From: Candidatus Multivoradales bacterium
GTDB lineage: Bacteria; Acidobacteriota; Thermoanaerobaculia; Multivoradales; J023
DNA: 64,000 nucleotides
NCBI GenBank assembly: GCA_965248925.1
Contig: CBDFLE010000005.1
Span: 2,112,001-2,176,000 of the forward strand
Reading direction: 5' to 3'
The position numbers and the translations under genes were made by a program. Below, piece by piece: positions 1-8,487 of the stretch (positions are counted from its first letter, which is position 1; the number at the start of each line of letters is the position of its first letter). The notes under the pieces were generated by a model. The model saw only the letters and a program-made list of their open reading frames with translations. It was not told the DNA's origin and did no database searches.

Positions 1-1
1 G

Positions 2-304
2 CCGCGCGTGATCGACCAACTTGCGCCGCATGAGGATGGCGAAGACACGTAGGAAGTGGTGCCGGTTCTTGAGCCGCAACTTCCGGTGGCGCAACAAGAC
101 CATGAAAGCTTCGTTGACCAAGGCTCCGGTCTCGAGCGTGTGGTTGCGGTTTTCACGGCCGAGAAAGCCTCTGGCGATACGGTTGAGATCGCTTTCGAGA
201 AGTACTGCCAGTGAATCGCAGGCTTTGTGGTCACCAGCGTTCCAAGCATCCAAGAGGCTGGTGATTCGCGGTGCCGAGGCCTCTCCTGGAGCCTGCTGGA
301 TCAC
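2..304 (-). CDS. ECF-type RNA polymerase sigma factor, TIGR02999-like (3' end runs off the window)
   Basis: Absent from the ORF track. Manual minus-strand translation from GTG 304 gives VIQQAPGEASAPRITSLLDAWNAGDHKACDSLAVLLESDLNRIARGFLGRENRNHTLETGALVNEAFMVL...HFLRVFAILMRRKLVDHAR, clearly paralogous to 5255..5845. Confidence 0.9.
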   Translation of the reverse strand, partial: MIQQAPGEASAPRITSLLDAWNAGDHKACDSLAVLLESDLNRIARGFLGRENRNHTLETGALVNEAFMVLLRHRKLRLKNRHHFLRVFAILMRRKLVDHAR

Positions 305-597
305 TCTCCGCCTCTGCGTGTAGAGGAAATTGATCGGCAGCAGCCCGCGGGACCTCGAGCCGTGAGACAAGTTGTACGAGTAGGGATCTTCCGCTTCATG
401 GATAGTTCCTTTTCGGATCGCTCGGTCTACCTCCTTCTTTGGACCGGGCTGAACGCTGCCGAGTTCCAACCAGCAAGGGGGACGTGATCCACGCTAAGGC
501 AACAAGGCCCGGAGACCAAACGGCTCATTTTGGGCGCGCCAGAATGAACCATTCCCCCTCGATTCTCTGCCAGCCAGAGAAGATTCTCCGCTTTTAG

Positions 598-1167
598 TTA
601 CGGGAGGAAACGCCTCTCTCTCAAGGCGTCAAACCCACCGCTGTCCCACAAACTTTTCACCCGAACCTCATCTGCCCCGGTGGTCTGACCGGGAGTCAGC
701 CCGCGGCTGTGATTCACCTCATCGCGTGTCAAGACTTTGGAGGGGGCCCTCTGCTTGAGCCGCGTGACGAAGAGGATCCCTTTTGTATTCAGTCGGTTGA
801 AGCACTTGTTGTCGGTGAATCCACGGTCGCAGACCGTGATGCCACCTTGCGGCAGCTTCAGCGCTCTTGCCCAACCGATCTCGTGGACGTTGCCTTCGGT
901 GAGGTCGACGTACGCCGGGAGATAGCCTTCATGATCCGAGGCAACGTGAAGCTTTGAGGCGCCTTGGGTCTTCTGGTACGTTGCCCACGGAAAAATCGAC
1001 AAACTCAGGTCGATCTTCGAGGCGTACAGCGAGTACGGTTGCCGAGCGTTGAGCCACCCCAAGCTAGACCGACTGACCGGGCCACAAGCCAGATAGTAGA
1101 GCTTGTGAGTCTGAGCCAGAAAGTTAGAGCCGATGTCTCGCAGGCCAACTCGGCCGGAAAGCTGCAC
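598..1167 (-). pseudogene. IS4-family transposase remnant
   Basis: Motifs KLHVASDHEGYLP..LTEGNVHE, VCDRGF and FVTRLK are typical of IS4 DDE transposases. The ORF is short, internally deleted and truncated. Confidence 0.8.
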
Positions 1168-1322
1168 CGCTGGATCGTGACGGCAGGCGCGAGTGATGAC
1201 GCCCCGGTTTCAGATGAGCCCTAGCACCGCCACTCACTTCGGCCACCGATTGCGCTTTTCTAAGTGGCACTTGCCAACGAGCCGCCACCGAAGGCGCCTC
1301 GTCTCAAGAACGGAGTGACCCG

Positions 1323-1562
1323 ATGGACGGCTCAACCACCCACCTCAAACCCAAGGCCTACTGGCTACTAGCACTGCTAGTGGCTCTGCTAGCGGTCTTG
1401 ACCACCCTGCCGGCAGTGGCGGGCGGCGGCAACGAGGGCACCACCATCCTGCCCTTTGGACCAGGCCAGCAACTAGTTTGCCGGTCGCCCGAAGGTGTCG
1501 ACATCTTTCCTCTCAACGGCCAGTGTCCGGAGGGCACGGTGGCGGTATGCGTCCCGATCTGA
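1323..1562 (+). CDS. Small secreted Cys-containing protein (79 aa)
   Basis: GGAG RBS, hydrophobic signal peptide ending AVA, and a short mature part with 3 Cys. Confidence 0.6.
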   Translation: MDGSTTHLKPKAYWLLALLVALLAVLTTLPAVAGGGNEGTTILPFGPGQQLVCRSPEGVDIFPLNGQCPEGTVAVCVPI

Positions 1563-1891
1563 TCGCCTAGCAACGCCGGCCCGACCAACATGAGCCGGCG
1601 ACCGTGGTCGAAGAGGAAGCCAAGGAGTCGGGTTTGCCGAGGCGCCCGATTCGGCCACGGTTTTCAGCAGGCTCTAGCAGGCGCGGCACTAGCAGGCGCG
1701 ACCGTGTCGGTGCTTCAGTAGGCGGCGAGATCAACGAATCGCTGATGCTGAGCTTCTCCTCACGCGAGGATTCGGGAGGGCCTTTCGTGGATGTCGTTCG
1801 GCTGAGTGCGCTGTGAGGGTAGAATCTGGCCAGCGACCGAGCTGGATTGAATCCCAGCTCAGCACACCACCCAATCAGTAGGAGGGAAATC

Positions 1892-2095
1892 ATGTTGGGG
1901 AAAAGCTGTTGTGTGCTCTTGGCGATGGCCTTGATCCCGCTTCTCGCGGACGCCAGGGTTCTGGATGTCGATGTCCAGATCTCGGATAGCGACAACTTTC
2001 TAAGTAGATCTGCGAAGATCTTGGTGGTCACGAGTGGCGACTACAGCCCGCAGCTGATCCGCGAAAGAACTAGAGCACACTTCTCACCCGACTGA
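1892..2095 (+). CDS. Small hypothetical protein with signal peptide (possibly truncated)
   Basis: Strong AGGAGG RBS before ATG 1892; N-terminus MLGKSCCVLLAMALIPLLADA resembles a signal peptide. Confidence 0.4.
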   Translation: MLGKSCCVLLAMALIPLLADARVLDVDVQISDSDNFLSRSAKILVVTSGDYSPQLIRERTRAHFSPD

Positions 2096-2365
2096 TCAGA
2101 TTTGAATCTGAGAGCGTATTTCGGAGTCTTGGGCCGGTTTCTCCGCTGGACTTCTCGGCCCCGGTCCCTTGCCTCTGCTTGATGAGTTGTTGCGCCTTTT
2201 TTTGGTTCATCCGGGAAATGAGGAGGTCATGGTCTGGTCGGACTCGTCAGACCAGTCCATGCAAGCCCCGTCGCTGGCCCAGTGTGGCGCCATCGTCTGA
2301 CCGCCTCAAGGGTACGCTTCGCCGGCTCCGCCGCCCTTGACCCGGTCAGCCGCTGTCGCCCCTAG

Positions 2366-3862
2366 CAGCCCGTGGCAGAAGTCCGTTTCTACAAAATGTG
2401 GCCTAAATTGAGGCCAGCCGGCGCAGGTGGTCTGATCGAAGATCTTAGTGGCCAATATCCGCTCTCGTGCGGCAGAAGCCAGCTCAGCAAGCTATATACG
2501 GCGCGAAAGCCCTGTTCGAGAGCCGAAAGAAAGCCCTGAAGGGCCCGTGGAGTGCCGGCTCCATACATTTGACGAAGCAGCAGCCCAAGATTGAATCCCG
2601 CGATGTGAATCAGCAACCTTTTGCGGATGTTGTCGTGACCTCGAAGGTGGGTCCTTCTCATACCGCCAGTCTCGTAGCAATGGGCAAAGGTGCGTTCTAC
2701 TTTCTCTCCTCGACGCCGCGACAGCTCGCGGCCTCGACGACCCTTGATCCGTCGACGGTTGGCATACACCGCTTGCTTCTCCGCCTCTTTGCCGCACCAG
2801 TTGCGTCGGCCTCGATCCGGTTCCGAAATATAGGTTCGAATCTTCCCTTGACGCTGTGCCTTCATGACCGCGTTACTGTGATAGCCCTTGTCAGCCACCA
2901 GCTCTGAACGGACTTTCTCGCTCAAGTGATCGCCAGCCTCCGAATCCTCAACGACATCTTCCAGCACCGCAGCGACTTCATCCAACGTCCGCTCTAGGCT
3001 CGACGTGTCCCCTCGGTCTGCAGGTTGCACCGTCACCGCCACAACCGCACCCGTCTCCATATCCACCGCATGCTCGGCTTTGTGCGCCAGATGCGTCCGC
3101 CCATCCTTCATTCGCGTGACTTTGGCGTCGGGATCGTGGGGGTTCTTCCAGTCGCCGTTCGACGTCTTTTTGTTCTTCCTTTGGCGGTCAAAACGCGCCA
3201 GATCCGCTCGCGTCGGGGTCTCCACACCCGAAGCCTCGGCCAGGCGCGTGAGAAACTCTTCGTAGCTCTCGCCCGAGTCTCGACGCACGATGCTGCGCAT
3301 CGCCGCGTTCGCCTCGAGGGTCGTCGCATCGATGCCCAGCGTCTTTCCCCGGAGCAAGCCAGCCTTCGCCAGTACTTGCAAAGCCCAAGCAAACACCGCC
3401 TCATGGGTCTCGAGATCGATCAGGCGACGGGTCCGAGAGAGCGTCGAATGGTCCGGGGTCTGGTCCGAGAGTTCGAAGCCCAGAAAGTCGCGCAGAGTCA
3501 TCGAATCCGCAAGCCGCCATGCGATACCTCGCTCAGAGTCGATACCCTCGAAGAAGCCGATCAACAGCAACCGAAAATACACCGCGGGCGCCAGCGAAGG
3601 CCGTCCCATCCTCGTAGCGTAAAACCTCGCGCACTGCTCCTCGATAAAGCGATCGAAACCGTGCTTGTCGAGAATCTTGGACAGACGCTCGTAGAAAGGA
3701 TGTCCTGGGGACTTGGCCAGCGCCTGGGTTTCCACCCAGAGCTGCCGCTGTCTTCGTTTGCTTCGCCTGCCCATCGCCATGGTCGCTACCTCCCTCGGGT
3801 GGAAAGATTCTACCAGGGAAGATCGCCAAGACGGCCGTAATCGGGACTTTCACCACGGGCTG
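2366..3862 (-). mobile_element. IS5/IS1182-like insertion sequence with CTAG target duplication
   Basis: TIRs CAGCCCGTGGCAGAAGTCC and GGACTTTCACCACGGGCTG, flanked by CTAG at 2362-2365 and 3863-3866. Confidence 0.9.
2389..3780 (-). CDS. IS5/IS1182-family DDE transposase
   Basis: GRPSLAP..LLIGFFEGIDSERG and TPDHSTLSR (DUF772-like); IDATTLEANA, VADKGY and VERTFAH catalytic motifs. Confidence 0.92.
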   Translation of the reverse strand: MAMGRRSKRRQRQLWVETQALAKSPGHPFYERLSKILDKHGFDRFIEEQCARFYATRMGRPSLAPAVYFRLLLIGFFEGIDSERGIAWRLADSMTLRDFLGFELSDQTPDHSTLSRTRRLIDLETHEAVFAWALQVLAKAGLLRGKTLGIDATTLEANAAMRSIVRRDSGESYEEFLTRLAEASGVETPTRADLARFDRQRKNKKTSNGDWKNPHDPDAKVTRMKDGRTHLAHKAEHAVDMETGAVVAVTVQPADRGDTSSLERTLDEVAAVLEDVVEDSEAGDHLSEKVRSELVADKGYHSNAVMKAQRQGKIRTYISEPDRGRRNWCGKEAEKQAVYANRRRIKGRRGRELSRRRGEKVERTFAHCYETGGMRRTHLRGHDNIRKRLLIHIAGFNLGLLLRQMYGAGTPRALQGFLSALEQGFRAVYSLLSWLLPHESGYWPLRSSIRPPAPAGLNLGHIL

Positions 3863-4030
3863 CTAGACTTGTGGGCGACGGGGTCAAGACGATCTGGAGG
3901 CCGCCAAGCAGGGCTGGGCACAGGCACCGGATTGAGCAATTCTGTGAGCAGGAGGGCGCGCGGGATTTGAGAGTTGTCGCCATGTCGATCATCCTGGTCG
4001 TATCTCAAACCAACCCAGGGAGACCGATTC

Positions 4031-5176
4031 ATGGCGACAACCAGCTTCTTGTACCACACGCTCGGCTTGGTCGGATACGTGCAGCGCTGCACCGAGTTCG
4101 CCCACGGATGGGTTTACCACCATGTCGAACTCGCTCCCCACAAGCGCACCTGCCGAGCGTGCGGAGCGCGCTGGTACGATCTGCGTCTTGAAGGTGGCTT
4201 CGAGCGCACCTTCTTCGCCCTACCCGTGGGGTGGCGACCCCAGTTTGTGGTTCTGCATGGTCATCGCCAGCACTGTCGGCGATGTGGAGAGACCCGGCGA
4301 GAGCCGATCGCCTTCACCGAGGGCAAAGAAAGCCATTTGCGGGCCTTCGCGCGTTACGTCGTCCAGCTGTGCCAGATCGCCACCCTGCAGGCCGTCGCCG
4401 ATCTACTGGGCGTCGGCTGGGACTTGGTCAAGGAGATCCACAAGAGCCATCTCCAGAGGCGCCTGAAGCGGCGCAAGCTCTCCAAAGTTCGCTACCTCGC
4501 GGTCGACGAGTTCGCCACCCACAAGGAACACCGCTACATGACCGTGGTGCTGGATCTGGAAAGCGGACAGATCCTCCATGCTCACTCCGGAAGGGACGCC
4601 GAGGCCCTGCTGCCCTTCCTCTGGAAGCTCAAGAGTAGAGGCCTTTGTCCCCGAGCTGTGGCAATCGATATGTCCCAGGCCTACCACAAGGCAATCCGGC
4701 AGGTCTTCGGCCAGCAGGTCGACATCGTCCACGACCCCTACCATGTCGTGGCTCTTGCCAATCAGGCCATCGACGAAACCCGAAGAGAGAAGCTCAAGCC
4801 CTCCTCCCTGGAGCACCTCGCCCTTCTCATGGAGTTGAACCAGCCCCTCTACCAAGCCTATCTCCTCAAAGAGGAGCTACGATTCTTCTGGAACCTACCG
4901 AACGAAGAGGCCGGCAAGGACTTCCTCGACGCCTGGACTACCCAGGCCAAAGCCATCGACAATCCCCACTTCGCGAAGCTCGCCAATACCCTCGACAAAC
5001 ATCGCCCAGGACTGCTCAGCTACTTCCGTCACCGCATCTCAGCCGGACCCCTCGAAGGCATCAACAACAAGATCAAGGTCCTCAAGAGGAGTGCCTATGG
5101 ATTCCGAGACATGGAGTACTTCAAGCTCAGGCTCTTCTTTCTCCATGACCAGCTCACCTCTCCATTTCCCGGATGA
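4031..5176 (+). CDS. ISL3-family transposase (probable short internal deletion)
   Basis: Zn-finger CxxC pairs, LAVDEF, AIDMS, HDPYHVV, EGINNKIKVLKRSAYGFR. The region after DETRR looks shorter than usual. Confidence 0.9.
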   Translation: MATTSFLYHTLGLVGYVQRCTEFAHGWVYHHVELAPHKRTCRACGARWYDLRLEGGFERTFFALPVGWRPQFVVLHGHRQHCRRCGETRREPIAFTEGKESHLRAFARYVVQLCQIATLQAVADLLGVGWDLVKEIHKSHLQRRLKRRKLSKVRYLAVDEFATHKEHRYMTVVLDLESGQILHAHSGRDAEALLPFLWKLKSRGLCPRAVAIDMSQAYHKAIRQVFGQQVDIVHDPYHVVALANQAIDETRREKLKPSSLEHLALLMELNQPLYQAYLLKEELRFFWNLPNEEAGKDFLDAWTTQAKAIDNPHFAKLANTLDKHRPGLLSYFRHRISAGPLEGINNKIKVLKRSAYGFRDMEYFKLRLFFLHDQLTSPFPG

Positions 5177-5254
5177 CCCTCAGGCTTTCATCCGCCAATG
5201 CAGATAAGATAACGAGAACAGCTGCACCTCCTAGAACCGACCCGCGGAGACTCA

Positions 5255-5845
5255 GTGAATACGTCAGCCGACGGTCCACCAGTCGATGTCACCGAACTAT
5301 TGCTCGCCTGGCGCGCTGGTGACGGCGATGCCTTGGGTGAGCTAATGCCGCTGGTCTATGACCAACTGCACCGGGTCGCCGAACGCTTCGTGCGCGGCGA
5401 GCGTCCGGGTCACACCCTGCAAGCCACGGCGGTGATTCACGAGGCTTACTTACGGATGGTCGATCGCACCCACCCGCAGTGGAACGACCGTTTGCACTTC
5501 TTCGCCGTCGCCGCCAAGTTGATGCGGCGAGTGCTGGTGGATCACGCCCGCAGCCGGATGGCAAAGAAACGGGGCGCTGGCGCGTTGCATCTGCAGATCC
5601 GCGAGGAAGATGCCCTGACCGAAGGCGGCAAGGAGCCCGACGTGATCGACTTGGATGCGGCGCTCGAACGTCTCGCCCGCTTCGATGCACGCAAGGCTTC
5701 GGTGATTGAATTGCGCTACTTCGGCGGCCTCAGCTCGGCTGAGACGGCCCAAGTACTGGACTTCTCAGAAGCCACTATCCGTCTTGACGCTCGCTTAGCG
5801 AAGGCTTGGCTACGCAACCAGCTGGCCGAGGGATCGAGCCCTTGA
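5255..5845 (+). CDS. ECF sigma-70 factor, TIGR02999 family
   Basis: VTELLLAWRAGD..LMPLVYDQL, HTLQATAVIHEAYLR, VIELRYFGGLS..LAKAWL. Confidence 0.95.
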   Translation: MNTSADGPPVDVTELLLAWRAGDGDALGELMPLVYDQLHRVAERFVRGERPGHTLQATAVIHEAYLRMVDRTHPQWNDRLHFFAVAAKLMRRVLVDHARSRMAKKRGAGALHLQIREEDALTEGGKEPDVIDLDAALERLARFDARKASVIELRYFGGLSSAETAQVLDFSEATIRLDARLAKAWLRNQLAEGSSP

Positions 5846-8373
5846 ACAGTCAGCAGTGGCAACAGATTGAAGCGCTGTTCGCCCGCGCCATTAAACTCGA
5901 TCCGCGGCAACGCCAAGAGTTGCTCGACCAGCAGGCCGTCGACGATCCGGAGCTGTGCCGCGAAGTGGCGGCCCTGCTCGCCGCCGACGAGGCCCCCGAG
6001 GACCCATTGGCGGCCACCGTGCGCGACGCCGCTGCCGAGCTCACCGGCAGCGAGCGGCACTCATGGGTCGGCCGCCGGGTAGGCGCCTGGCGGGTGCGCC
6101 AGCGGCTCGGCGTTGGCGGCATGAGTTCGGTCTACCTGGCGGTTCGCGACGACGATCAGTTCCGCAAGCGGGCGGCATTGAAAGTGGTCAAGCACGGCAT
6201 GGACTCCGACGCCATCTTGCGCCGCTTCGATCTCGAGCGGCACATCCTGGCCAGCCTCGAGCATCCCAATATCGCCCGCCTGCTCGACGCCGGCAGCACT
6301 GAGGAGGGCCTGCCATATTTCCTCATGGAGTACGTCTATGGCCTGCCGATCGACCGCTTCTGCGACGAACATCGACTGAGCGTCCAGGAACGCCTGGAAC
6401 TCTTCCTGCCGGTGTGCGCGGCGGTCTCCTACGCTCACCAGAACCTGATCGTCCACCGCGACCTCAAGCCGACCAACATCCTGGTCACCCCGGACGGCAT
6501 ACCCAAGCTGCTCGACTTCGGCATCGCCAAACTGCTCAATCCAGAGCTGGCGGCAGAGAATCTGGACCTCACCGGCGTGACCTTACAGCCGATGACGCCG
6601 GGCTACGCCAGCCCCGAGCAGCTCGCCGGCGCGCCGGTGACCACCGCCAGCGACATCTACTCGCTCGGTGTCCTGCTGACCCTGATGCTGACCGGCCGGC
6701 GGCCTTATCGCCTGGACAGCCAACCGGCCGACTTCGAACGCCTGGTCCGCGAGACCCAGGCCGACTCGCCCAGCGCGACGCTGGCCCGGCCGCCCTCCGA
6801 GCAGCTCGGCGAGCCCAGTGTGGAGGAGATCGCCGAACTCCGCCGTAGCCAACCCAGCGCGCTGCTGCGCAGCCTTCGGGGCGATATCGACGCGATCGCC
6901 GAAACCGCCCTGCGGCAAGAGCCTCAACGCCGCTATCCCTCCGTGGATCGCTTGAGCGAAGACCTCAGGCGCTTTCTCGACGGTCGCCCGGTGTCGGTGC
7001 GGGGCAACGACTTCACCTATCGCGCCGGCCGCTTCCTGCGCCGCCACCGCTGGCCGATCGCCAGCGCCGCGCTGGCCGCCCTGGTGCTGATCGCCTCCCT
7101 CATCGCCCTGGTCGTGCAGAGCCAACGCCTGGCCAGCGAGCGCGACATCTCCAACCGTCAACGGCTGCGCGCAGAGCGCGTGTCGAGCTTCTTGATCGAT
7201 CTATTCCAAGTCACCGATCCGAGCCAAGCTCAGGGAACCACGGTCACCGCCCGCGAGCTGCTCGACCGCGGCGCGATGGGACTCTCAGAGGATCTGCACG
7301 ACGAGCCGGCGGTACAAGCCACCTTGCTGCAGACGGTCGGTCAGGTCTATCAGCAGCTCGGTCTCTACGACAGCGCCGAGCCACTGCTCGAGCGTTCGCT
7401 GAGTCTGCGCCGGCAGAGCCTCGGGGCGGAACACGAGACGGTCGCCGACAGCCTCAACCGGCTCGCCATCCTGCAAGTCTCTCGCGGCTACTACGACCGG
7501 GCCGTACCGCTGTTCCGCGAAACTCTGGAGCTGCGCCAACGGCGTTTCGGGCCTGAGCACGAGCTGATCGCGGCGAGCCTCAACAACCTGGCGCTGGCCT
7601 ATCACGATCTCGGCGAGCTGGCCGAAGCCGAGCAGCTCTACCGCCAGGCGATGGCGATGGACCAGGCCTTGTTCGGCCGCGACCACCCGGCGACGGTCAC
7701 TGACGCCGCCAACTTGGGCTTGCTGCTGCACGACCTGGGCCGCGATAGCGAAGCAGAGCAGCTGCTGGTACACGTCGTGCGCATTCGCGAAGGGGAACTC
7801 GGGCGGCGCCACCCCGATGTCGCTGAAGCACTGACTTTCCTCGGCATGGCGGTGGTCGGCCAGGGGCGCCATGGCGAAGCGGAGACCATACATCGGCGCG
7901 CCCTCGACATTCACCGAGATGTGCTGGGCAACCAGCACCCGGAGCTGGCGCGCAGCCTGCGAGCGCTGGCCGAGACGCTACTCGCCAGCGGCCGCCACGA
8001 GGCCGCCGAGACCCTCGAACGAGAAGCTCTCGAGCTGCGCCGCGGGCAGCTCGGCGAGCACCATCCGGAAGTGGCCAGCAGCCTGGCCGGCCTGGCCGCC
8101 ACCGTCGCTGATGTGCGGCCGGCCCAAGCCGAGCAGCTCTACCGCCAGGCTTACGAGCTGCAGCGCCGCACCCTGCGTCCCGGTCATTTGGAGACGGCCG
8201 CCACCACCGTCGGCCTGGGCCGGCTGCTGCTGACCCGCGGCGCGGCGGCCGAGGCCGAGCCATTGCTCGCCGAAGCGCTGGCCATCTACCGCCGTTACTT
8301 GCCGGAAAACGACCGCAGGCGCGAATCGCTCAGCGCCGACCTGGAGCGCTGCCGTCGTCAGTCGCGGCCCTGA
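5842..8373 (+). CDS. Membrane Ser/Thr protein kinase with C-terminal TPR repeats
   Basis: GxGGMSSV, ALK, HRDLKPTN and DFG motifs, one TM helix, many TPR-like repeats. The TTG start overlaps the sigma-factor stop (TTGA). Confidence 0.95.
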   Translation: MNSQQWQQIEALFARAIKLDPRQRQELLDQQAVDDPELCREVAALLAADEAPEDPLAATVRDAAAELTGSERHSWVGRRVGAWRVRQRLGVGGMSSVYLAVRDDDQFRKRAALKVVKHGMDSDAILRRFDLERHILASLEHPNIARLLDAGSTEEGLPYFLMEYVYGLPIDRFCDEHRLSVQERLELFLPVCAAVSYAHQNLIVHRDLKPTNILVTPDGIPKLLDFGIAKLLNPELAAENLDLTGVTLQPMTPGYASPEQLAGAPVTTASDIYSLGVLLTLMLTGRRPYRLDSQPADFERLVRETQADSPSATLARPPSEQLGEPSVEEIAELRRSQPSALLRSLRGDIDAIAETALRQEPQRRYPSVDRLSEDLRRFLDGRPVSVRGNDFTYRAGRFLRRHRWPIASAALAALVLIASLIALVVQSQRLASERDISNRQRLRAERVSSFLIDLFQVTDPSQAQGTTVTARELLDRGAMGLSEDLHDEPAVQATLLQTVGQVYQQLGLYDSAEPLLERSLSLRRQSLGAEHETVADSLNRLAILQVSRGYYDRAVPLFRETLELRQRRFGPEHELIAASLNNLALAYHDLGELAEAEQLYRQAMAMDQALFGRDHPATVTDAANLGLLLHDLGRDSEAEQLLVHVVRIREGELGRRHPDVAEALTFLGMAVVGQGRHGEAETIHRRALDIHRDVLGNQHPELARSLRALAETLLASGRHEAAETLEREALELRRGQLGEHHPEVASSLAGLAATVADVRPAQAEQLYRQAYELQRRTLRPGHLETAATTVGLGRLLLTRGAAAEAEPLLAEALAIYRRYLPENDRRRESLSADLERCRRQSRP

Positions 8374-8487
8374 CCCCGAGGTTTCTTATCGCCTTGGCTG
8401 GCGATTGCCGCTTTAGCTTGTCGAGCCGATCTTCGATCGGAGGTCATTTCTTTCTGGATGTAGAGAAAAATAGAAAAGGAACTCGAC

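Larger units (their letters stand above)
2204..5179 (+). mobile_element. ISL3-family insertion sequence containing a nested IS
   Basis: Terminal inverted repeats GGTTCATCCGGGAAATG (2204) and CATTTCCCGGATGACCC (ending 5179), with an ISL3 transposase at the right end. Confidence 0.85.
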
